Part shown: positions 30,835 to 39,900 of the stretch, one piece after another | Position numbering within the stretch: the stretch's first letter is position 1 | Layout: every line of letters starts with the position of its first letter | DNA from: Thermoplasmatota archaeon | Lineage (GTDB): Archaea > Thermoplasmatota > Thermoplasmata > UBA10834 | DNA: 64,000 nucleotides | Direction of reading: 5' to 3' | Assembly (NCBI GenBank): GCA_040751795.1 | Contig: JBFMHR010000005.1 | Coordinates: 160,001 to 224,000 of the forward strand | Position numbers and translations under genes: made by a program | The notes under the pieces: generated by a model | The model's input: only the letters and a program-made list of their open reading frames with translations | What the model was told of the DNA's origin: nothing | Databases searched by the model: none

Positions 30835-33800
30835 ATGGTCGCACGGAAACTGACAGCCTGCATGCTAGTCGCACTGCTCTCGACCGCCGCCTTCGCCTTC
30901 GTCTCCTTCGGGACGAGCGCGGAACAGAGCAGCGCGGACGGGTACGGATACTATTGGACCGACAGCAACGCCCCGACACCGTCGGTGGCGTACAGCTGGA
31001 TAGACGTGACGGCGACGGGCTCGAGCGCCGGATTCTGGTACGACGACTCCGACTACGTCGGCCCGGTCTCCCTGGGCTTCGACTTCACCTTCTACGGGAA
31101 CACGTACAACTCCGTGTACATCTCCACCGACGGGTATATCCAGTTCGGGGCGGGCTCGTACAGCGGCTCCCACTACACGGTCCCCTCGACGAGCGGCCCC
31201 GAGAACATCATAGCCCCGTTCTGGAGCGACCTCGTCGTGTACTACCCCACCTACAACTACGGCCAGGTCTACTACGACACCATCGGGGTCTCCCCCAACC
31301 AGCAGTTCGTGGTGGAGTACCACCAGGTCTCCCTCGACTATGAGTACGACCTGCTGACCTTCGAGGTCATACTCAACGAGACCGGCGAGGTGTGGTTCCA
31401 GTACCAGGACATGAACGGCGTGGACGGCTCCTACGCCACCGTGGGCATGGAGGACTCGGCCGGCTACATGGGATGCCTCTACTCCTACGACACCGCCTCG
31501 ATCTCCGACGGCCTCGCCGTCATGTTCCAGCGCGGCCCCTTGGGATTCGGCAGCGACCAGTCGGGATTCGCGTCCAGGGGCTCCTACGTCTACTACACCC
31601 TCACCGTCACCAACGGGCAGGCGGTGACGGACTCCTTCGACATCACCGTCGACTACTCGCTCCTGGGCTGGTCCGTGGCGCTGTATGACTCGGCGTGGAA
31701 CCCGCTCGTGGACAACAACGCCAACACGTTCCCGGACACGGGGGATATGGCCCCCGGTGCGTCCACGACCATCTACGCGGTCGTCTACACACCCCCGGAC
31801 CCCATTGGACGGAACGAGACGACCGTGCTCATGGCCACGTCGTTCGGCTCGGGCATCAGCGACCCGGCCACCCTGATCACCGAGACCGGCGTGGGCGTGC
31901 TGGGCGCCGCCCACTCCAGCTGGGGGTACGACTCCGACTCCGACGGCGACTACGACGCCCTCAACGTCAGCATATCGGTGGAGATGCTCACGGGCTCCCC
32001 GATGGTCATCTACACAGAGCTGTACGACGGCGTCGGGGACTTCATCTACTCGATGTACTCGTACCCGGCGATCCCGGCGGGCTCCCAGACGGCCGAGGTG
32101 CAGTTCTCCGGCGAGGACGTGTACTCGTCCCTCGACGACGGGCCGTACCAGGTCTACATCGTGCTCTTGGACGAGGAATGGCGCTTCCTGGACTCCGGCA
32201 GCTACTTCACCGACCCGTACCTCTACACGGAGTTCGACCCGCCCGCGGCCCTCTTCGTCCCGCCCTACTCCGACTACGCGAGGGACGACGACGGGAACGG
32301 GCTGTACGACTTCCTGGTCGTCAACACGACCATCGAGGTACACGAGCCGGGGTACTACAGCGTCATGGCTGACCTGTACGACGAGTACAACTGGGACTTC
32401 ATCGGGTACGTCGAGAATGGGTCGTACTTCACCGCGGGCGTCTACGACGTGCAGCTCCTGTTCCAGGCGATGCCGATCAACCAGTCGATCCTGGACTACT
32501 ACTGCTACGTGGGCCTCGACCTGGTGCGCGACAACTCGACCAACGTGGACTCCGACTACTACTACACGGCCTACTACCTGTACTCGGACTTCGAGGGTCC
32601 GGGCGCGTCGTTCGTCACGCCGTTCAGCGACGCCGCGGCCGACACCGACGGCGACTGGTACTACAACCACGTCGACGTGACCCTGTACCTCGAGTGCTTC
32701 GTGACGGGCCTCTACGACCTCGAGATCTCCGTCCTGGATCCGTCGTGGGACGACTTCATGGCCGTCCACGAGACCGTCAGCCTGACCGCCGGCCTGACAG
32801 TCTCCTACACCTTCCAGCTCGACGGCGACGACATCAGGGAGAACGGCATCTCGGGAGAGTACTACACCGAGATGTACCTGTACTCGAACGCGACGGGCGT
32901 GGAGCAGGACCACGAGTACTACTACACCGGATACTACTACTACAGCGACTTCGACCCCGTCGGCCTGTACTTCGACTACTGCGACGACTTCGGCCGCGAC
33001 CTCGACTCGGACGGGTACTACGACGAGCTCGTGGTGGTGGCGTACATCTACCCGTACTCCACCGGCGACTTCTACGTGACGGCGTACATCGAGGACTACT
33101 GGTACGACTACGTCAAGACCGTGGACGAGGTCATATCGGTCGTGGAGGGCGTGACATACGAGTGGGAGATCACCCTCTCCGCGTACGAGGTCCTGACCAA
33201 CGACCAGGACGGCTACTACTACCTGTACCTCGAGGCCTGGGACGTGGACGAGACCTACCAGTACGACTACACGGACTACTGGACCTCGTACTACTACCTC
33301 GACTACTTCGACCCGATAGGCGCGTTCTTCCTGCCGCCCTACGACGACTACGGCAGGGACGACGACTCCGACGGCTACTTCGACTACCTCGTGGTGGAGC
33401 TCTGGGTCAACGCCTCGACCGAGGGCTACTACGATATCGAGGTCGAGATCTACGGCCCAGGGTACTGGTACTACGACACGCTCTGGTTCGAGCTGTACCT
33501 CTACGAGGGCGACCCGGTGGAGGTGCTGGTGGAGATACCCGCCGCATCGGTCTGGTCCGGGGGCTCCGACGGCTACTGGTACCTGTACATGTACACCTAC
33601 GACCACTACACCTCGACGCAGTTCGACGACGACTCGTACACGACGGACTACTACTCCACCTCGTCCTTCGACTCCCCGGCCGTCCAGTTCGACCCGCCCC
33701 ACAACGACTACGGCCTCGACACGGACTCCGACGGGTACTACGACTACCTGATGTTCGAGATCGAGCTCGACTGCTATGAGGCGGGGACGTACACCGTCTT

Positions 33801-35967
33801 CATGGACCTGTACTACTACGGCACCTACATCACCAGCCTCTGGTCGACCGAGAGCATGTCCGTCGGGAACGAGGACGTGGACTTCGCCGTCGAGGGCTGG
33901 CTCCTCTACTACTTCGGCGTGAGCGGGTACTACAGCGCCGACCTGTGGGTCGAGGACTCCGAGGGCAACGTGCTCGACTACGACTACATCGACTACACGG
34001 TCAACTACTACTACTCCTGGGACTTCGAGGGCGTCCCGGCGTGGTTCTCCCCGCCGCACAGCGACCAGGCGGTGGACGAGGACTCCGACTCGCTCTACGA
34101 CTACCTCCAGGTGAACGTGTCCGTGGAGGTCGACGTCGCGGGCGACTACGTCGTCACGGCCCTCCTGTACGACGACTGGTGGAACCCCGTGCACACCGCG
34201 ACGGCGTCCGCGTACCTCGGCACGGGCGTGCACGAGCTGCAGCTGTTCTTCGACGCGTGGGTCGTCACGATGGCGTCCAGCGACCCGTACTACGTCTACC
34301 TCGAGCTGTACGACGAGAACGGGAACGCGATGGACTCGGACAGCTTCTACCTCGGCGCCTACGACCAGGCAGACTTCGACCCGGCCATGCCGACCATCGA
34401 GTCCGTGTGGGCGTACGACGCCCCCGACGTGGACGGCGAGGTCGGCGCTGACGAGTGGTTCGGCGCGGTCCCGGTCGACCTGCTGGCCGCGGACGGGATG
34501 AACGAGGTCCAGGCGACGGTGTACGTGCTCAACGACGGCGAGATGCTGTACATCCTGATCGACGCCACGGGCGACCTCACGGAGACCGAGGGCGACATGG
34601 CGGCCGTCGCGTTCGACACCGCCAACGACGAGACGGAGACGGACGGCGGGGACGACCAGTTCAGCCTCGAGGCCGGCGCCTCCGTGACATACACGGAACA
34701 CCTGGTGTACGATGACATGTACGGCGGCTGGGTCTCGGACTGCGCGCCGTTCGACGAGCTGCTCGCAGACCACGACGGGCTCGAGGGCGCGGCGGGCTTC
34801 GCCGCGACGCCGGCCCTCGCCGCCCCGCACAGGGTGTACGAGCTGAGCATCCCGCTCGCGCTCCTCGGCGTGGCCCCGGGCGACACCCTGGGCCTCGGCG
34901 GGTTCTGCGAGTACTCCCCGATGGTCTGGGACCTGGAGGACTACTCCTACAGCACCTGGCCCGTCCACTTCGAGGACGTGCCCGCGCAGAGCATGTACGG
35001 TGACCTCGTCCTGTCGGAGGAGCCGCCCCTGACGACCGTCGAGCTGGACGGCACCGCGGGCGAGGCGGGCTGGTACGTGTCGGCCGTCGAGGTGACGCTC
35101 ACCGCCACCGGCGGCACCGGCGGCGTGGCCAACACCTCCTACAACATCGACGGGGCCGGCTGGCTGACCTACGAGGACCCCTTCGTGATCGACGACGACG
35201 GCCTGCACACGGTGCAGTTCTACTCCATAGACATGGGCGGCAACGAGGAGCCGGTGAGGTCCGTCCAGGTCATGGTGGACACGGTCGCGCCCGTGACGAG
35301 CGCCTCCGCGGAGGGCACCGTCGGCCTGGCCGATTGGATCACCAGCGCCGCCACGGTCGAGTTCGACGTGTCCGAGGCGTCATCCGGCGTCGCGGTCACG
35401 ATGTACAGGCTCGACGGCGGCGACTGGACCGAGCTGACGGGCTCGAGCATCGAGGTCTCCGAGGACGGCGAGCACACGGTGGAGTTCTACTCCGTCGACG
35501 TCGCGGGCCACGAGGAGGCCGCGTCCAGCATCGACTTCAAGGTCGACGCCAGCGGACCTGAGACGGCCTGCACGGTGGACGGATCGACCGTCACCCTGTC
35601 CCCCCTGGACAACGCGAGCGGCGTCGCCGCCACCTGGTACCGCATAGACGGCGGCGAGTGGATGGCCTACGCGAACCCGTTCGAGGTCTCAGGCGAGGGC
35701 ATGCACACCGTGGAGTACTACTCCGTCGACGCGGCGGGCAACAACGAGACCGCCGCCTCGGTGCAGGTCGAGGGCAAGGCCGCAGGGCTCCTGGGCGTGG
35801 ACACCTGGATATGGGCCGTGCTCATACTCGTGGTGGTGGCCGTGGTGGCCATGCTGCTCTTCCTCCTCATGAGGAGGAGGCCCGCGCAGCCGATGCAGAT
35901 GGTCCCCGGCGAGGCGGTCGTGCAGCAGCCGGCCTTCGAGGAGCCCCCGCCGCCACCGGCGCAGTAG
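30835..35967 (+). CDS. Giant acidic Tyr/Asp-rich cell-surface repeat protein
   Basis: Signal peptide; nidogen-like N-domain (LGFDFTFYG...IAPFWSDL); seven ~119-aa repeats; CBM9/DOMON-like domain; three OmpL47-type Ig-like repeats (HTVxFYSxDxAGN); C-terminal TM + RRR + Pro tail. Confidence 0.88.
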   Translation: MVARKLTACMLVALLSTAAFAFVSFGTSAEQSSADGYGYYWTDSNAPTPSVAYSWIDVTATGSSAGFWYDDSDYVGPVSLGFDFTFYGNTYNSVYISTDGYIQFGAGSYSGSHYTVPSTSGPENIIAPFWSDLVVYYPTYNYGQVYYDTIGVSPNQQFVVEYHQVSLDYEYDLLTFEVILNETGEVWFQYQDMNGVDGSYATVGMEDSAGYMGCLYSYDTASISDGLAVMFQRGPLGFGSDQSGFASRGSYVYYTLTVTNGQAVTDSFDITVDYSLLGWSVALYDSAWNPLVDNNANTFPDTGDMAPGASTTIYAVVYTPPDPIGRNETTVLMATSFGSGISDPATLITETGVGVLGAAHSSWGYDSDSDGDYDALNVSISVEMLTGSPMVIYTELYDGVGDFIYSMYSYPAIPAGSQTAEVQFSGEDVYSSLDDGPYQVYIVLLDEEWRFLDSGSYFTDPYLYTEFDPPAALFVPPYSDYARDDDGNGLYDFLVVNTTIEVHEPGYYSVMADLYDEYNWDFIGYVENGSYFTAGVYDVQLLFQAMPINQSILDYYCYVGLDLVRDNSTNVDSDYYYTAYYLYSDFEGPGASFVTPFSDAAADTDGDWYYNHVDVTLYLECFVTGLYDLEISVLDPSWDDFMAVHETVSLTAGLTVSYTFQLDGDDIRENGISGEYYTEMYLYSNATGVEQDHEYYYTGYYYYSDFDPVGLYFDYCDDFGRDLDSDGYYDELVVVAYIYPYSTGDFYVTAYIEDYWYDYVKTVDEVISVVEGVTYEWEITLSAYEVLTNDQDGYYYLYLEAWDVDETYQYDYTDYWTSYYYLDYFDPIGAFFLPPYDDYGRDDDSDGYFDYLVVELWVNASTEGYYDIEVEIYGPGYWYYDTLWFELYLYEGDPVEVLVEIPAASVWSGGSDGYWYLYMYTYDHYTSTQFDDDSYTTDYYSTSSFDSPAVQFDPPHNDYGLDTDSDGYYDYLMFEIELDCYEAGTYTVFMDLYYYGTYITSLWSTESMSVGNEDVDFAVEGWLLYYFGVSGYYSADLWVEDSEGNVLDYDYIDYTVNYYYSWDFEGVPAWFSPPHSDQAVDEDSDSLYDYLQVNVSVEVDVAGDYVVTALLYDDWWNPVHTATASAYLGTGVHELQLFFDAWVVTMASSDPYYVYLELYDENGNAMDSDSFYLGAYDQADFDPAMPTIESVWAYDAPDVDGEVGADEWFGAVPVDLLAADGMNEVQATVYVLNDGEMLYILIDATGDLTETEGDMAAVAFDTANDETETDGGDDQFSLEAGASVTYTEHLVYDDMYGGWVSDCAPFDELLADHDGLEGAAGFAATPALAAPHRVYELSIPLALLGVAPGDTLGLGGFCEYSPMVWDLEDYSYSTWPVHFEDVPAQSMYGDLVLSEEPPLTTVELDGTAGEAGWYVSAVEVTLTATGGTGGVANTSYNIDGAGWLTYEDPFVIDDDGLHTVQFYSIDMGGNEEPVRSVQVMVDTVAPVTSASAEGTVGLADWITSAATVEFDVSEASSGVAVTMYRLDGGDWTELTGSSIEVSEDGEHTVEFYSVDVAGHEEAASSIDFKVDASGPETACTVDGSTVTLSPLDNASGVAATWYRIDGGEWMAYANPFEVSGEGMHTVEYYSVDAAGNNETAASVQVEGKAAGLLGVDTWIWAVLILVVVAVVAMLLFLLMRRRPAQPMQMVPGEAVVQQPAFEEPPPPPAQ
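31920..34390 (+). repeat. Seven tandem ~357-bp (118-120 aa) intragenic repeats with DxDxDG-type motifs
   Basis: Motifs start at about 31930, 32284, 32641, 32998, 33358, 33718 and 34075 (DSDSDGDYD, DDDGNGLYD, DTDGDWYY, DLDSDGYYD, DDDSDGYFD, DTDSDGYYD, DEDSDSLYD). Confidence 0.85.
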
Positions 35968-36119
35968 GCGGAACGCAAACCCCAACCGGGGCGGGCGGCG
36001 CTTGGCCGCCCTCGCCCCGAGGTTCTCATTTCCCTCGCGCTCAGAGGGCTCTCCCGGGGCCGGCCCGGGGAACCTTGAAATACGGACACACTGTACATGC
36101 CGGGGAGGATGGTGCTCTC

Positions 36120-36938
36120 TTGTTCCGGGTGGCCAGGTCCCTGTCCGCGTCGCTCCTTCTCGCGTCGATGGCGTGCTTTGTCTTGATAGGCCCTGCCGCG
36201 GGCCAGGACGTCGAGGCGCCGGCCGTGGTTGTCACCGTCGACGGCATCGAGGGGGAGGACGGGTGGTACACCTCCCCTGTGGAGGTCACCGTGAGCGCGT
36301 CGGACAGCGGTTCGGGCGTCGCGACGGTCGAGTACAGGATCGAGGGCGTGACCGACTGGACGGCGTACGTCTGGCCGTTCGAAATCGCCTCGGATGGCGA
36401 ATGGGTCGTCGAGGCGAGGGCCTACGACAACGAGGGGAACGTGGGCGAGGACGATTCGCCTGTGCGGATCGACGGTACCGCCCCTGTGACCTCGTCCGCG
36501 GCCGAGGGCCCGGTCGTGAACCTCACGGCGGCGGACGGGACGAGCGGCGTCTACGCGACGTGGTACCGCGTCGACGGCGGGGACTGGACCCTGTACGACG
36601 GCCCGTTCGAAATCGCCGGCGAGGGGAACCACTCCCTGGAGTACTGGTCCGTGGACGCCGCGGGCAACCAGGAGCCGGTCGAGGAGCGCCAGGTCGAGGT
36701 GATAAGGACCGAGTCGGCGTTCAACCTGGAGTGGTGGATGGTCGTCCTCGTGGGGCTGCTGCTCCTGATGATCGCTCTCGGGAAGATCTTCGGCATGCGC
36801 AGGAAGGCGAAGGAGTCGGACGCCCGCTCGGCCGTCAAGGACATAGGCACCGCGATGTCGCAGATGATGGAAGACGTCCCCCAGAAGCCGCCGGCGGACA
36901 AGCCCCCGGCCGACATCGGGCCTCCGAAGCCCAAGTAG
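36120..36938 (+). CDS. Secreted, membrane-anchored protein with two OmpL47-type Ig-like domains
   Basis: GGAGGA then a TTG start; signal peptide; GWYTSPVEVT, TWYRVDGGDW, HSLEYWSVDAAGN; C-terminal TM. Paralogous to the C-terminal domains of the upstream protein. Confidence 0.8.
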   Translation: MFRVARSLSASLLLASMACFVLIGPAAGQDVEAPAVVVTVDGIEGEDGWYTSPVEVTVSASDSGSGVATVEYRIEGVTDWTAYVWPFEIASDGEWVVEARAYDNEGNVGEDDSPVRIDGTAPVTSSAAEGPVVNLTAADGTSGVYATWYRVDGGDWTLYDGPFEIAGEGNHSLEYWSVDAAGNQEPVEERQVEVIRTESAFNLEWWMVVLVGLLLLMIALGKIFGMRRKAKESDARSAVKDIGTAMSQMMEDVPQKPPADKPPADIGPPKPK

Positions 36939-36949
36939 GGCCGCTCCGC

Positions 36950-39900
36950 TCACTCCGGCAGCGCGGCGTCGCCGCCGTCCTTGCGGGCGGGGCCGTTCAG
37001 GCCCCTGCCGCGCCTGCTGTTCTCCCTGACGAAGGACTGCAGGAGCATCCCGACGCCGGCGAAGTCCGTGTCTATGTCGCCCGTCCAGTTCTCTATCCTC
37101 TTGCGGTAGATCTTCTCCACCTTGGCCAGGAACCCGGCCATCCTATCCTCGATCGCCTCGGGCGCGTCGCCCTCGTAGACGACGGCCATGTATGTCGTCC
37201 TGCCCCTCCTCACCAGGACCTTGTAGTGCTCGAAGCCGAAGCTCCTCAGCCCGTCCTGGGTCTTCGCCATCGAGTCCTCGACGAAGTTCAGCACGGCCGT
37301 CAGCATCCCGCTCAGGACGTCCTCGTCCACCTCGCCCTTGACCTTCTCGGCGGCCCTCCCGATGAGGAAGCCGTCGTTGTGTATGAGCATGATGTCCCTG
37401 ACCACGAAGGGCTCCTTCCTGAACCTGATCGCGACCGCGAACGAGCCCGCCGCGACGCCGGCCATGGCCAGCATCCCGACCATGAACCACGCGTCCTCGC
37501 CTCCGCCCTCCGCCCTGACGACCGTCACCGTGAGGGTGTCGGTGTCGCGCAGCCCGTCGGGGTCCGAGGCCGTCACGGCGATGCTCACGGTCCTGCTCTG
37601 CTCCCCGTCCGCCAGGAAGTCCCCCGGGAAGTGGAGGAGCAGCACACCCTCGAGCACCGTGGCGTAGGCGCCGTGGTCGCCGGAGAGGGTGAATGTCAGG
37701 CCCTGCTCGTGCCTGTCGGGGTCGACCGCGCTCTCCCTGAGGTCCACCGCGACCTGCACGCCGACCGTGGCCTCGACCCCCTCCTCGAAGTCCAGCGAGG
37801 GGGCGTCGGGCACGGACTGCACGGTGAGCTCCGCCATCGACTCGACGAGCGCCCCGCCGGGGTCCGTGGCCCTCACCACGAACCACAGGTTGCCGTTCCA
37901 GTTGGCCTCGGTGGAGAACACGACGGTCCAGGCCCCCTGCGCGTCCTCCGAGGCGGCGGCAGAGACGGCGTCTTCCACGGCGAACACGGTGAACGTGAGG
38001 TCCTCCCCGTCCGCGTCGTCGAAGTAGGACCTGAGGTCCCCGCTCGACGGGTAGGGCATCGGGACGTCCTCCTGGAATGAGTGCATGGGCAGGGCGGCCG
38101 ACGAGGGCGGGGTGTTGTCCCCGACGGAGACCTCGATGGCCCAGCTGTCCGAGAGCTCCCCGTCGCTGACCGTGATCCCGAGGTACACCACCTGGCCGAC
38201 CATCTCCGCGGGGTAGAGCAGCGTCAGGACCATGCCGGCGGGCACGGCGTGGGCGTCGTCGGTCGCGACGTGCAGGTCGTCGAGGTCGTTGTCCGGGTCC
38301 GAGACGTACCAGGTGAGGTCGAACTCGAACCCGAGGTCGTGCATGACCCGGAGGTCCGGCACCCCCTCGATCACAGGGGCCTGGTTGACCCTGTGGACGA
38401 CGATGGTGCCCACGCTCTCGACCCTCGCCCCGGAGGCGTCCGTCGCGCTGAATATGATGTAGTCGCTCCCGTACCAGTCCATCGGGGCGAAGATGCTGAC
38501 TATGTTGCCGGCGCTGATGTTGATGAGCACGTGGGTGTAGCCGTAGGTGAAGAACAGCTCGTCCCCGTCCGGGTCGACGAAGTAGTCGTCCAGGTCGAAG
38601 ACGTCCACGCGGGTCTCGCCCTGGTACATGTCGACGTCGGGGACGGCGTCTATGGCGACGGGGACGTTGTTGTCCGAGACGGTGACCTGGACGACGGTCG
38701 ACGCCGTGGCGCTCCCGTCGCTCACCGTGACGACGACCGCCTGGTCCGTCCCGTTGAGCTCCTGGGGGTACAGCATGTGCAGCGCCAGCCCTTCAGCGGA
38801 GACGTGGGCGGAGCTCGCGTCGTCCACCGACAGGGAGAGGTCCCCCTCGTCGTCGTCGACGTCGTGGACGTAGTACCGCATGTTGTAGACGTAGAGGACC
38901 CCGTAGCGGACCTCCAGCGGCTCCACGGCGTCCACGGTCGGCCAGTCGTTCACCGCTATCACGTGGACGGTGAGGTTGGTGCTCGCCGACAGCCCGTCGG
39001 GGTCGACGACGTGCAGGCCCAGGACGTCGGTGCCCGAGAGGTCCTGCTTGGTGCTGAGGGTGAGGGTGAGGTACCCCGTCCTGTTCTCGCCGCTGACCTG
39101 GACGACGGCGTCGTTGGTGACGTACCACCTGAGCTCGCTGTCCAGGTGCACCGAGTCCTGGACGTAGGGCGACAGGTCGATCGTCCACGAGCCTGAGTCC
39201 TCGTACTTGAGCTGGTCCGGGACGCTCTGTACGAACGTCGGCGCGTTCGCCGTGTGGGTCACGGTGAGGTGGAGCGACGCCTGCAGGCCCCCTGCGCTCA
39301 CGCGCAGGTACCCGTCCGAACCGGCCTCGCCCACGTACAGCCTGACCGAGGAGCCGTTGTGCCTGTTCAGGGAGCCCAGCTCGGGGTCGACCTCCCAGAG
39401 GAACTCCAGGTCGGTGACCGGGTTGTCGAAGTCGTCGGTCGCGAGGGCGGTGAAGGTCTGCTCGGAGTCCTCGGGGACGAAGGACGGGGCCGGGGTGATC
39501 GTCAGCTCGGATGCTGGTGCGGGGGTGACGGTGATGGGCGTGCTGAGGCCGTACGCCCCCTGCGCCTCGGCCACGATGATGATCGTCTCCGCCTCGGTGC
39601 AGGCCTCGTTGGGCACGGTGACAGAACCGCCGGTGGTGATGTAGGCCGAGGTGACCGCGAGCTCGGTGTCGATGTCGTCGGGCGAGCCGGAGTCCACGGC
39701 GGTGAGCTCCACGGGCCCGGTCCAGTGGACCATGGTCGTGTTGGACCCGTCCTTGACATAGACCGTGACCGGGAAGGTCTCACCCGCCACCGCGGTCTCG
39801 GGCACGACGACGACCAGGTATGAGACCGCCGTGCCGTGCATCGCGGAGACAGAGTGGACCCTCGGCGTGGAGAGGGTGTCGAAGGTCTGCAATGATGCCC

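Noticed and set aside
31920-34390. CRISPR array or diversity-generating retroelement repeats
   Set aside because: The repeats are diverged in-frame protein domains. There are no identical short repeats with spacers, no adenine-specific template/variable pair and no reverse transcriptase.
30865-35208. 1447-aa antisense ORF, and many other long overlapping ORFs (e.g. 36002-38080, 46476-47957)
   Set aside because: These are shadow frames. Sense genes with G/C-ending codons rarely use TTA, CTA or TCA, so the antisense frame lacks stops. The translations are V/R/G-rich and have no motifs.
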